A stretch of 64,000 nucleotides of DNA from a virus: the IMG/VR virus record IMGVR_UViG_3300045738_001221, positions 12,367-76,366 of that record. The stretch is one strand, 5' to 3'. The translations under genes were made by a program, and so were the position numbers. Under the pieces are notes generated by a model. That model was given only the letters and a program-made list of their open reading frames with translations. It was not told where the DNA came from and ran no database searches. Numbering within the stretch: the stretch's first letter is position 1; each line of letters begins with the position of its first letter. Shown here in pieces: positions 9,462 to 18,044 of the stretch.

Positions 9462-10427
9462 ATGAAGATATTAATAACCGGAGCCGGTGGCTACATAGGC
9501 TCGATGCTAACTTGGTATCTTAAGTCTATTGTTACGAACGCTCAGGTCTTTGCGTTTGATAATTTTATATACGGTCAGGGAGCACAGCTATATCACTTGC
9601 TGACTAACAAGTCTAAATTTTATCAAGAAGATGTAAGGCATTTTAGCGACAATCTGAGACGCTGCATAAAAGAAGCCGACGTTATAATTCCGCTTGCTGC
9701 AATAGTAGGTGCTCCTGCGTGTGATAAAATACCAAAGTATGCGGTAGACATTAACTATAGGTGGTACGAGAGGCTTTTGGAAGAAAACATTTCAGAAAAA
9801 TTAATTATTTATCCCAATACGAATTCTGGGTATGGCTCTACAGGAGAGGAAATCTGCACTGAAGAAACTCCGTCTAGACCCCTCTCTCTCTATGGGGAGA
9901 CTAAGCAGAATACAGAAGACTTCTTGCTAAGAAACCACCCCAACACAGTCTGCTTTCGCTTGGCTACAGTTTTTGGCTGGTCTTACAGGCCACGCCTTGA
10001 TCTCCTAGTAAACAACCTAACATACGAGGCCAAATTCAATAAACATATTGATGTTTTTGACGGTCACTTTAGAAGAAACTATATTCATATACAAGATATA
10101 TGCAGGGCGTTTAAGTTTGCTATACGAAATTCCGAAAAAATGAAAGGTCAGGTATACAACCTTGGCAACGACGACGCCAACATGACCAAAAAGGAATTAG
10201 TGGAGCTGGTTTGTGGATTGACGGGGGCTTCCTTCTCGGAGATTAGCAATCGAACAGACCCGGACAAGCGAGACTATGTAGTAAGCAGCCAAAAGCTCTA
10301 TGATTTAGGATACTATGCCGCCTTCGGCGTAGAGAAGGGAGTTAAAGAGATCATTGATTTCCTAGGATATCTATCGCTAGACAAGAAGACACGCCAGTTA
10401 CAAATCTCCCATATGTTTAACTACTAA
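9462..10427 (+). CDS. NAD-dependent epimerase/dehydratase
   Basis: MKILITGAGGYIG, PLAAIVGAPAC, YGETK, FRLATVFG..RLDLLVN; start taken at ATG 9462. Confidence 0.9.
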   Translation: MKILITGAGGYIGSMLTWYLKSIVTNAQVFAFDNFIYGQGAQLYHLLTNKSKFYQEDVRHFSDNLRRCIKEADVIIPLAAIVGAPACDKIPKYAVDINYRWYERLLEENISEKLIIYPNTNSGYGSTGEEICTEETPSRPLSLYGETKQNTEDFLLRNHPNTVCFRLATVFGWSYRPRLDLLVNNLTYEAKFNKHIDVFDGHFRRNYIHIQDICRAFKFAIRNSEKMKGQVYNLGNDDANMTKKELVELVCGLTGASFSEISNRTDPDKRDYVVSSQKLYDLGYYAAFGVEKGVKEIIDFLGYLSLDKKTRQLQISHMFNY

Positions 10428-11422
10428 TGATTATCACCAGAGTACCCTTTAGACTCTCCCTGTTTGGAGGCTCTACAGATTATGAATCCTTTTACAGTAA
10501 GCACGGTTCCCTGTGTATTGGTGCAACTATAGACAAATACGTGTACACTTCGATCAGGTTTCGACCCAAGGTTGTTGATCACGAAAGCGTAATAGCTTAC
10601 TCTAAACTAGAGAGAACTCCAAACCATGCCTCGATTGAAAATCCTCTCATTAGGGAATCTCTATTGAAGTTCAATGTCAACAGGGCTGTTGATCTGCACC
10701 TTTTCGCAGATATCCCAAGCAGAACGGGGCTCGGGGGCTCTTCTTCCTGTTGTGTGAGCCTTTGTTATTCAATAAGAAAGCTCCTAGGCCTTCCTGTGGA
10801 CAAGCGATTGATTGCCCTTGATGCTATTGACATAGAAAGAAGGTCTCTGGGTGAGCCGGGAGGAATCCAAGATCAAATATGGGCTGCATACGGAGGACTA
10901 AACTCTATTGAAATAAAAAAAGATGGTAACTTTCGTGTTAAACCACTCCCCGTTACAAAAGAATTTATTCAAGACTTCGAGTCTTCTATATTTCTTGTTT
11001 ATACAAACACGCAAAGAGACACCCACAACATAGCGGCAAGCCACGACTCAAGAGGCTCATTAAAAGCCAGACTTTTCATTAAAAAATTGGCCTTTGAAGC
11101 CTACAGGCTATTCTGCAAAGAAAACATCAAAGAAATTGGCGAACTAATGCTGGAGACTTGGAACCAAAAAAAGAAAATATCCAATTCCATATGCACACCA
11201 GAGATAGAAAGGCTTGAGGGCTTCTTGTTGTCCAAGAAAATATATGGCATGAAGCTGCTAGGTAGCGGAGGGAGTGGATTTATTGCGGTTTTATGCAGGA
11301 AAAGAAATAAAAAAAGACTGATGAACGCTATAGAAAAAAAATATGAGGTGTTAGATTTGAGGGTAGAATTTAATGGAGCACAAAGCATCTTAGAGGAAAA
11401 AAATGACAACGTTATTTATTGA
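10427..11422 (+). CDS. hddA: GHMP sugar kinase, heptose-7-phosphate kinase-like
   Basis: RVPFRLSLFGGSTD, DIPSRTGLGGSS, GIQDQ..AAYGG, KLLGSGGSGF. Confidence 0.8.
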   Translation: MIITRVPFRLSLFGGSTDYESFYSKHGSLCIGATIDKYVYTSIRFRPKVVDHESVIAYSKLERTPNHASIENPLIRESLLKFNVNRAVDLHLFADIPSRTGLGGSSSCCVSLCYSIRKLLGLPVDKRLIALDAIDIERRSLGEPGGIQDQIWAAYGGLNSIEIKKDGNFRVKPLPVTKEFIQDFESSIFLVYTNTQRDTHNIAASHDSRGSLKARLFIKKLAFEAYRLFCKENIKEIGELMLETWNQKKKISNSICTPEIERLEGFLLSKKIYGMKLLGSGGSGFIAVLCRKRNKKRLMNAIEKKYEVLDLRVEFNGAQSILEEKNDNVIY

Positions 11423-11747
11423 CATTGATGGAACTTTATTTAAACATCAAGGAACATTCAGTGACATTTGCATGAAAGAAGCCACCCTCCTGCCAAATGT
11501 TAGAGAAAAAATGAACGAATGGTGCGCCAAGGAGTATAAAATAATATTGACCACAGCTAGAAGAGAAAGCATGAGGTCAATAACAGAGACGCAGCTCTCT
11601 AGGCTTGGTGTACCTTATGATATATTAGTTATGGGTATTAGCAAGGGGCATCGAATAATTATTAACGACAGGCGTCCCAGTGGAGACAAGACGGCCTTTG
11701 CGATAAACGTTGGAAGAGATCATGGTCTTGGAGATGCCAACGTATGA
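11403..11747 (+). CDS. HAD-superfamily phosphatase
   Basis: FIDIDGTL, TTAR, INDR. Confidence 0.8.
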   Translation: MTTLFIDIDGTLFKHQGTFSDICMKEATLLPNVREKMNEWCAKEYKIILTTARRESMRSITETQLSRLGVPYDILVMGISKGHRIIINDRRPSGDKTAFAINVGRDHGLGDANV

Positions 11748-12184
11748 GGGTAGTAGTTATATCGGGATACTTTAATCCTTTACACGCAGGGCACTTAGAC
11801 TACATTAAGGGCGCGTATGAATTAGGAGACAGGCTTGTTGTTATAGTTAATAACGACGCTCAAGTTGAGGTAAAGGGCTCTACGCCTTTTATGAACGAAT
11901 CTGATCGCATGCGTATAGTAAGTGCCATTAAAGGAGTTGACCAAGTAGTTTTATCAAGAGATACTGATTCTTCTGTTGTCCAAACGTTAAGCGCGGTTTA
12001 TGGTGAATACGCCATTGATTACTTTTTTGATAGTATGATATTTGCAAACGGTGGGGATAGAACTAGAGTAGATTCCCCGGAGGAGTCTTATTGTCGGTGG
12101 AGAAAAATTAAAACAGTATACGGAGTGGGAGGTGAAAAGACAGAATCTTCTAGCAGCCTACTAAATAAAAAAATCACAAAGTAA
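11744..12184 (+). CDS. cytidylyl/adenylyltransferase (HxGH; RfaE domain II/TagD-like)
   Basis: SGYFNPLHAGH, VNND, FANGGDR, KTESSS. Confidence 0.88.
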   Translation: MRVVVISGYFNPLHAGHLDYIKGAYELGDRLVVIVNNDAQVEVKGSTPFMNESDRMRIVSAIKGVDQVVLSRDTDSSVVQTLSAVYGEYAIDYFFDSMIFANGGDRTRVDSPEESYCRWRKIKTVYGVGGEKTESSSSLLNKKITK

Positions 12185-12199
12185 AATAAGGGGATTATA

Positions 12200-12472
12200 A
12201 TGACAATAAGTCTGCACGAGATGGGCGAAGGATATATACAGAGTCTTAAATACAGAATAGAACGTAGCCAGCAGGAGGTACAGGAGCTTGTCCAACACCT
12301 TCAAGAGTGCGAAAATACCTTAAGCTTTGAAAAAAGTTCCAATCAATTCACCGAATGCTGCAATGCAGAATCTGATAAATACAATAGCACAGAAATCAAA
12401 GGGGGCGAAACGGCATCGACTGAGCATGTTGAAGAATATAAGCATGGAGTGGTTGATCAAGAGGCCACTTAA
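12200..12472 (+). CDS. hypothetical coiled-coil protein; last 72 nt overlap the tmRNA
   Basis: RBS-like AAGGG before the ATG; helical N-terminal half. Confidence 0.5.
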   Translation: MTISLHEMGEGYIQSLKYRIERSQQEVQELVQHLQECENTLSFEKSSNQFTECCNAESDKYNSTEIKGGETASTEHVEEYKHGVVDQEAT

Positions 12473-12742
12473 AAACTTGATCAAACTAATAATTGCTGAA
12501 AAAGAAATTTTAGCGTTAGCTGCCTAGCAGCGGGGGTCGTGCCAACCCTCTTGCCAAATTGCACCGACTCCGATAATTCGGATAGAGTTCCCCCGCCTTG
12601 AATTAAGCAGGGGTGATAGCAATAATTTGCTTGACTCAGATAACTCTGATAGCCTTGTTCATTGTGCGAATACAATGCACTAATCATGTAGAAAGTATTT
12701 GGATAATGTTACAGGACGCGGGTTCGACTCCCGCCGCCTCCA
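12401..12742 (+). ncRNA. ssrA: tmRNA; tag reading frame 12495-12527 encodes AEKEILALAA*
   Basis: 5' GGGGGCG pairs with 3' CGCCTCC including the G3.U alanine wobble. T-arm GCGGG-TTCGACT-CCCGC. Resume context ATAATT-GCT; tag ends LALAA. 3' end reads ACTA, so CCA is not encoded. Confidence 0.95.
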
Positions 12743-12754
12743 CTAAGGAAAAAC

Positions 12755-12940
12755 ATGAGCGACTATCAAAACAAACGGAAATTCAAAAAAAGGCAAAAGA
12801 AGAAAGAGGTGAGAAGAAAGAAGATGATGGCAAGAAGAAAGTCCATACTGGAAGAAAAGCAAGTGCAAAAGCTTATTGACAAAATGAACTATGAGTCTAG
12901 AGAAAGATTACGACCTATTAAAAGCCATAAGGAAGAATGA
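12755..12940 (+). CDS. small basic hypothetical protein
   Basis: RBS AAGGA; Lys/Arg-rich; ATGA-coupled to the next gene. Confidence 0.65.
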   Translation: MSDYQNKRKFKKRQKKKEVRRKKMMARRKSILEEKQVQKLIDKMNYESRERLRPIKSHKEE

Positions 12941-13137
12941 TGCAAAAATTTTTGGTGCGATATCGGGTTGGCAATAAGGCTTTTGAAGAAGAGGTCTTGG
13001 CTTCAAGCGAAGGGGAGGCCTCCGACATGACTGAAGCTCAAGCCGGATGGGAGTTTCCAAAGAAAGAAATAAGGATAATCTCTACGAAGTCTCTGGACAA
13101 AACCATTACAAGACTTCGGCCCCCCAGCTTACCTTAA
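12937..13137 (+). CDS. hypothetical protein
   Basis: Translationally coupled ORF with RBS. Confidence 0.6.
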   Translation: MMQKFLVRYRVGNKAFEEEVLASSEGEASDMTEAQAGWEFPKKEIRIISTKSLDKTITRLRPPSLP

Positions 13138-13229
13138 GAAAAAGCGACAACTCTTTATCTAAGCCTGAGGTTTCGGTGTATAGGACTATATGCTTATTAA
13201 TATTACTATCCCGCAGCAAGGAGACCAAG

Positions 13230-13316
13230 ATGCCCCACGACTCAAAAGTAAAAAAGGCAGACCCGGCCCCGAAAAAGGCACCCAAAAAGATAGAGAAGCC
13301 CAAAGAAGACAAGTAA
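13230..13316 (+). CDS. small Lys/Pro-rich peptide
   Basis: AAGGAG RBS then ATG 13230 (MPHDSKVKKADPAPKK...). Confidence 0.45.
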   Translation: MPHDSKVKKADPAPKKAPKKIEKPKEDK

Positions 13317-13326
13317 GGGTAGAGTA

Positions 13327-13635
13327 ATGCCTCTCAAAAAATGCTCCGACGACGATAAGAGTGGATGGAAATGGGGAGATTCTGGAAAGTGCTATACTGG
13401 TCGGGACGGTAAGAAGAAGGCTATCCAACAGGGAATTTCTATTGAAGGCCCAGAGAAGTTTCAGAAGATGGCGTCTGCCGGGGATGTAGGTATTTCCGAA
13501 TATGATACCCCCTTTGTCTCCTATGCTCTTCATGATTTAGGGTATCCACTTGCAACTATAGTGGCTGTCGTAGCCACCATACGAAGAGGTCTATCAGAGG
13601 CCAATAAAGAATCGGGGTATCCCCTCTCAGATTAA
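13327..13635 (+). CDS. hypothetical phage protein
   Basis: ORF with RBS; GWKWGDSGKCYTG motif. Confidence 0.6.
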   Translation: MPLKKCSDDDKSGWKWGDSGKCYTGRDGKKKAIQQGISIEGPEKFQKMASAGDVGISEYDTPFVSYALHDLGYPLATIVAVVATIRRGLSEANKESGYPLSD

Positions 13636-13780
13636 TATCTATTGATAATTAGGCGTCCTCCGGCGTTTTTTCTTATATTATCATTTTTTTCTGTGTATAT
13701 AAGTGTAGTAAGCCACTGATATCTTGAGACAAGAAAAGCAAGATATTACCATAAAACTCTTGACGAAAGGGTCATAGGCT

Positions 13781-14446
13781 ATGTCAAATGATAGAAGAAA
13801 ATTTTTACAGACTTGCGGTATAGCATCATTCATAGGAATAAATTTTTCACTTACTAGCGAATTACTGGCCGAGCCTCACAGGAAAAAGGGGGACTGTTTC
13901 TGTAATGTCGCCAAAATGGCTCAGGGAAACGCTATCCTAGGCAAAGGAAGATGGGGTAGGAAACATCTTAGATACCTTATCTCAGACAGGGATGAACAGG
14001 ATTTAACAAAAGAAGCTTGGGACAATGAATTTAAACTCGCCTTTAGCGCGTGGTCTGAAATCACCCCCCTTACCTTTGAACAGGTCGATGAAGACGGCGT
14101 GTATGACATTGTAATATCGGTAGGAGACAAGAAGTGGGAGGGTTTTGGTCGAGAGGGAGGCATTCTGGCTTGGGCTCAAATGCCGCCGACAAGAAACTTT
14201 GATGGGATTCTTTTGTCAAAATTTGACCTAGCGGAAAATTGGATATTGCCAGAAACAAATGTCATTGCAATTTGGCCACCGACTGGAATTATTCTGAGAT
14301 CAGTTGCTTGTCATGAAATAGGCCATTTGCTTGGTCTTCAACATTCCCAAGACCCAAACGCTTTAATGTATCCCTATATTAACAACTCTCTTAAACCGAA
14401 AGAAGATGATATTAAAAAGATTCAAAAGCTATATGGTAAAAAATAG
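13781..14446 (+). CDS. matrixin (M10) zinc metalloprotease with twin-arginine signal
   Basis: RRKFLQ Tat-like signal; AFSAWSEITPLTF, GGILAWA, HEIGHLLGLQHS, Met-turn ALMYP. Confidence 0.9.
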   Translation: MSNDRRKFLQTCGIASFIGINFSLTSELLAEPHRKKGDCFCNVAKMAQGNAILGKGRWGRKHLRYLISDRDEQDLTKEAWDNEFKLAFSAWSEITPLTFEQVDEDGVYDIVISVGDKKWEGFGREGGILAWAQMPPTRNFDGILLSKFDLAENWILPETNVIAIWPPTGIILRSVACHEIGHLLGLQHSQDPNALMYPYINNSLKPKEDDIKKIQKLYGKK

Positions 14447-14483
14447 CAATTCTCAATTTTTTCTTTCCTCTTTCGCCGCCTTC

Positions 14484-14493
14484 GAGGTATAAT
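14484..14493 (+). promoter_or_regulatory. putative -10 promoter box (GAGGTATAAT)
   Basis: TATAAT at 14488-14493 in an intergenic gap; same motif recurs at other operon starts. Confidence 0.55.
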
Positions 14494-14548
14494 ACTGTGT
14501 AGTCGATAAGACACAATACTTAACAAGGATTTTTATGAGGAGCGATTC

Positions 14549-14776
14549 ATGAGAACTGCCGAGACCATCAGTTGGTCAACCCTTCTTTCTACCAAGAAGT
14601 CTTCAAAGGTTATGTATAACTTTGCGACCGAACGGTACTCTGTTAAGGACGCCACCATTGCTTTTTCTGGAACAGTATATTCTGGAGAATTTCGTAGACT
14701 AGTAAGGACCCACGGAGCTTCCTATGCTCGTCGACTGACGCGCAAGGCACTTCGTTATCGTGGTCTTTTAGCTTAA
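14549..14776 (+). CDS. hypothetical basic protein
   Basis: GAGGAG RBS; downstream of the promoter box. Confidence 0.65.
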   Translation: MRTAETISWSTLLSTKKSSKVMYNFATERYSVKDATIAFSGTVYSGEFRRLVRTHGASYARRLTRKALRYRGLLA

Positions 14777-14796
14777 CATTTTTAAGGAACTTTATA

Positions 14797-15234
14797 ATGA
14801 GCGATATTAACAAGGTTATAATCACCGGGCGAGTCACTAGAGATAGCGAGTTGCGCCAAACGCCAAATGGAACCTCAGTTACTGATGTTAGTGTGGTTTC
14901 TAACAGAATCTGGAACAAAAACGGAGAGCGCCAAGAAGAAGCAACCTTCGTAGATGTTACCGTCTGGGGCAAACAGGCAGAAACCCTTTCTCCCATGCTT
15001 ACCAAGGGTCGCCATATTATGGTAGAGGGAAGAATGAAGCTTAACAGTTGGGAAACTGACGAGGGCGTGAAGAGAAGTAAGCTCACTGTTGTAGCTGAAA
15101 ATATCAACTTGACCCCCAATAACCCTAATCCGCAGGGAAACCAAGGCGCTTCGTCGTCTCGCCAATCCGTGGCGGCAGAGGTCGTGGCGGCAGGGGCCGG
15201 GGCATCAGTGACTGAAGAAGAGACCCCGTTTTAG
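14797..15234 (+). CDS. ssb: single-stranded DNA-binding protein
   Basis: INKVIITGRVTRDSELRQTPNG, WGKQAE, KG..IMVEGR, acidic tail EEETPF. Confidence 0.97.
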   Translation: MSDINKVIITGRVTRDSELRQTPNGTSVTDVSVVSNRIWNKNGERQEEATFVDVTVWGKQAETLSPMLTKGRHIMVEGRMKLNSWETDEGVKRSKLTVVAENINLTPNNPNPQGNQGASSSRQSVAAEVVAAGAGASVTEEETPF

Positions 15235-15254
15235 TTTCTGAAATCTATCTATAG

Positions 15255-15294
15255 AAGAGGAAGGAGTGGGGTTCACCCTCCCCTCCTTTTTCTT
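15255..15294 (+). terminator. intrinsic terminator after ssb
   Basis: aaggag..gggg-ttca-ccc..ctcctt followed by a T-run. Confidence 0.6.
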
Positions 15295-15381
15295 TGCAGC
15301 AAGGAAATAAAATGTTTGATATTCTTTTCTGGTTTTGTGCTTTAGAAACGGAATATGAACTAGAGGAAGAGCAATATTACG

Positions 15382-16449
15382 ATGAAGAATTTGAATATAA
15401 TGACTCCGATCAATGATCTGGGTTATGGCGTAGCAGGAAGAAACATCTGCAAAAGCCTAAGTTCAAAAGGATACAACCTCTCCCTTTTCCCCATTGGAAA
15501 TCCATCGTTTTCTTCTCAGGAGGAAGCCAATTTTTTCAGCTACATGGTTAACAACGGGGCATCTTTCGATGTAGATGCACCATGTTTAAAAATATGGCAT
15601 GAGTTCAGCATGGCTGAACGCGTCGGAAGGGGAAGGTTTATTGGATTCCCTTTCTTCGAAATAAATAAATTTAATGATGTAAGAAAGAATCACTTAGCCT
15701 CATGTGATGATATTTTTGTTGCCTCTAAGTGGGGACAGAATATATTAAAGGAAGAAGTTCCATCGGTCAAATCTCACGTAATTCCACTAGGCGTAGATAC
15801 AGAATTGTTTGTATCGTCCGACCACCCCTCACCTCAAGATAAGTTCATTTTCTTCAATTGCGGAAAGTGGGAAAAGCGTAAGGGACACGACCTGCTGTTG
15901 CTGTTCTTCCAGCAGGCCTTTAAAGACGAACTCGACGTTGAACTTTGGATGATGTGCGACAACCCATTCTTACCGCCAGAGGAAGTCGCTAAGTGGACTA
16001 TGGCCTACGCCCAAGACCCTCGGGTAAGGTTGATTAACAGAGTTCAGTCCCAAGAAGAAATGATCCCCATCATGAACCAAGTGCATTGTGGGGTTTTTCC
16101 GAGTAGGGCAGAAGGGTGGAATCTTGAGATTCTGGAACTGATGTCTATGGGGAAGCATATAATAGCAACAGACTATTCGGCACATACCGAATACTGCAAC
16201 AACAACAACAGTATGTTGGTTAAGCCAGCAAAAACAGAGGCTGCCGAAGACGGCCTTTGGTTTGATGGCTCTGCTGAATGGGCTTCCCTAGAGAATGTCG
16301 AAGAGCAGTTTATAGACCACATGAGAGCCATATACAGTACATGGAAAGAGGGTAAGTACCAAAAGAATTCGGCAGGTATAGAAACGGCCCACAGATACAG
16401 GTGGGATGTCTGCGCAGAAAAAATAAAGGAGGTATTAAATGAAAGTTAA
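15382..16449 (+). CDS. GT4 glycosyltransferase
   Basis: VIPLGVD, GKWEKRKGHD, FPSRAEGWNLEILE, IIATDYSAH. Confidence 0.9.
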   Translation: MKNLNIMTPINDLGYGVAGRNICKSLSSKGYNLSLFPIGNPSFSSQEEANFFSYMVNNGASFDVDAPCLKIWHEFSMAERVGRGRFIGFPFFEINKFNDVRKNHLASCDDIFVASKWGQNILKEEVPSVKSHVIPLGVDTELFVSSDHPSPQDKFIFFNCGKWEKRKGHDLLLLFFQQAFKDELDVELWMMCDNPFLPPEEVAKWTMAYAQDPRVRLINRVQSQEEMIPIMNQVHCGVFPSRAEGWNLEILELMSMGKHIIATDYSAHTEYCNNNNSMLVKPAKTEAAEDGLWFDGSAEWASLENVEEQFIDHMRAIYSTWKEGKYQKNSAGIETAHRYRWDVCAEKIKEVLNES

Positions 16450-16861
16450 AGTGCAGAAGGTGTGCCCGCACATTCCACTCCCCACAAAAAGCCACTCTTC
16501 GGATGCTGGCTGGGACTTATATGCGAACGAAGACTGCTGCATCTCTAGTAGAACAAGGAGAACCATTGACACCGGAATCAAGCTAGAAATTCCCGATGGT
16601 CATGTTGGTCTTATATGGCCCAGATCTGGAATTGCCACCAAGAGAGGAATAGATGTATTCGCTGGTGTCGTTGATTCAGGATACCGGGGAGTCGTTAAGG
16701 TTTGCCTATACAACTCAAGCGACGAGGACTTTGAAATTAACAGACACGACAGGATTGCTCAAATTATTTTCCAAGAGGTATCTCCATTCTTGATAGAAGA
16801 AGTAGAAGAAACCGGGGACTCCTCTCGTAAAGAAGATGGCTTTGGGAGTACCGGTAAATGA
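16439..16861 (+). CDS. dut: trimeric dUTPase
   Basis: AGWDL, PRSG, GVVDSGYRG, DRIAQ, R..DGFGSTG. Confidence 0.97.
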   Translation: MKVKVQKVCPHIPLPTKSHSSDAGWDLYANEDCCISSRTRRTIDTGIKLEIPDGHVGLIWPRSGIATKRGIDVFAGVVDSGYRGVVKVCLYNSSDEDFEINRHDRIAQIIFQEVSPFLIEEVEETGDSSRKEDGFGSTGK

Positions 16862-17409
16862 ATCGCCTGAACGGTATGAGGACGTATTTGGCAGGAGCTA
16901 TGGATAGAGTCCCTGACGGTGGAGTAGAGTGGAGACAAAAAATAACACCAACCCTTAATGACTTTGGCATCACGGTGCTAGACCCGTGCGATAAGCCAGC
17001 AGAGATTGGAATTGAAGATGACGAGACACGCCTAGTAATAGACAAGTACAAAAGGGCGGGCGAGTTTGGTAAAATACGAGAAAACTACGGAGTTATTCGC
17101 ACCCTAGATCTTCGATGTGTAGATATATCCGACTTTATTATAGCATCCATAGACATGAACGTTCACGCCTGTGGCACCTATGAAGAAATTTCAGTGGCAA
17201 ACAGTCAGAAAAAACCTGTACTGGTCTGGTGCCAACAGGGAAAAGAACGTGCCCCGAACTGGCTTTTTTTCATGCTTCCTCATCAGCATATATTCGGGTC
17301 GCTTGGCGACCTCATTGAATATTTGTCTAGCGTAGACTCAGGAGAAAATAAAAAACACTACAAAAGATGGTTCTTTTTTGATCAGTCTAAAATGTCATGT
17401 ACGCAATAA
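16858..17409 (+). CDS. nucleoside 2-deoxyribosyltransferase-like protein
   Basis: TYLAGAMD, WRQ, VLDP, D...SDFIIA, GTYEE, KKPVLV. Confidence 0.75.
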   Translation: MNRLNGMRTYLAGAMDRVPDGGVEWRQKITPTLNDFGITVLDPCDKPAEIGIEDDETRLVIDKYKRAGEFGKIRENYGVIRTLDLRCVDISDFIIASIDMNVHACGTYEEISVANSQKKPVLVWCQQGKERAPNWLFFMLPHQHIFGSLGDLIEYLSSVDSGENKKHYKRWFFFDQSKMSCTQ

Positions 17410-17561
17410 CAGCAGTATCAGTTACAATCGTTTGTTACCTTATAGCCTCGTTTAGCTGCATAAAAGACAAGGATTATCCACATTCCTTAATGTGGTTCGC
17501 CTACTCTTTAGCTAATGTCGCGCTACTCTGGTATGAAATTAACAAACAAAAATCTCAATAG
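17397..17561 (+). CDS. small membrane protein (54 aa, not in ORF track)
   Basis: Hand translation MYAITAVSVTIVCYLIASFSCIKDKDYPHSLMWFAYSLANVALLWYEINKQKSQ; two hydrophobic segments; ends just before a terminator. Confidence 0.65.
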   Translation: MYAITAVSVTIVCYLIASFSCIKDKDYPHSLMWFAYSLANVALLWYEINKQKSQ

Positions 17562-17585
17562 CCACCCATGAGGTGGCTCTTTTTA
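17561..17585 (+). terminator. intrinsic terminator
   Basis: gccacc-catga-ggtggc followed by tcttttt. Confidence 0.75.
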
Positions 17586-17594
17586 TGTATAAAA

Positions 17595-17604
17595 GGGGTA
17601 TAAT
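17595..17604 (+). promoter_or_regulatory. putative -10 box giving a leaderless mRNA
   Basis: GGGGTATAAT ends 5 nt before ATG 17610; no Shine-Dalgarno in between. Confidence 0.5.
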
Positions 17605-17609
17605 ATTAT

Positions 17610-18044
17610 ATGAAAGACCTTATGCGATACATAAAAAATTTGATCAAAACAAAAAGGGTAAAGCCCGAAGAGGACTCTCCCCCAGAAAAATCACTAGAGG
17701 ACTCTCCCCCAGAAAAATCACTAGAGGAAGAATACCCCTCTGGCACAATGAAATTGATGTGGGACAGTTCCACCGGAGACTTCGCAGTTGACTTTGATAT
17801 TTCAGATGCTAGCGACGAATCTTCATACACACTAGCCCTCCTTCTCTTTTATCTTCAAGGCGGTGAGCTAAACACTTTCATATTAAAATCCCTTGAGCAT
17901 AGAGACGAAGAGCTACCAGAAGACTTTTATGAAAGCGTGGTAGACAAATGGAGCGGTATGGTTAACATGGAAGAGCTAATTTCCAAAGCAGGAAGGGCTG
18001 TCGTAAGTGCCTCTGAGGTATTTAATTTTAAGAACATAAAATAA
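17610..18044 (+). CDS. hypothetical protein with a 27-bp tandem duplication
   Basis: EDSPPEKSL occurs twice. Confidence 0.65.
   Translation: MKDLMRYIKNLIKTKRVKPEEDSPPEKSLEDSPPEKSLEEEYPSGTMKLMWDSSTGDFAVDFDISDASDESSYTLALLLFYLQGGELNTFILKSLEHRDEELPEDFYESVVDKWSGMVNMEELISKAGRAVVSASEVFNFKNIK
17670..17728 (+). repeat. 27-bp perfect tandem duplication
   Basis: gaggactctcccccagaaaaatcacta twice, then gagga. Confidence 0.95.

Noticed and set aside
12327-12879. ORFs 12327..12527, 12481..12687 and 12613..12879
   Set aside because: They overlap the tmRNA; the first is just an upstream extension of the tag reading frame.
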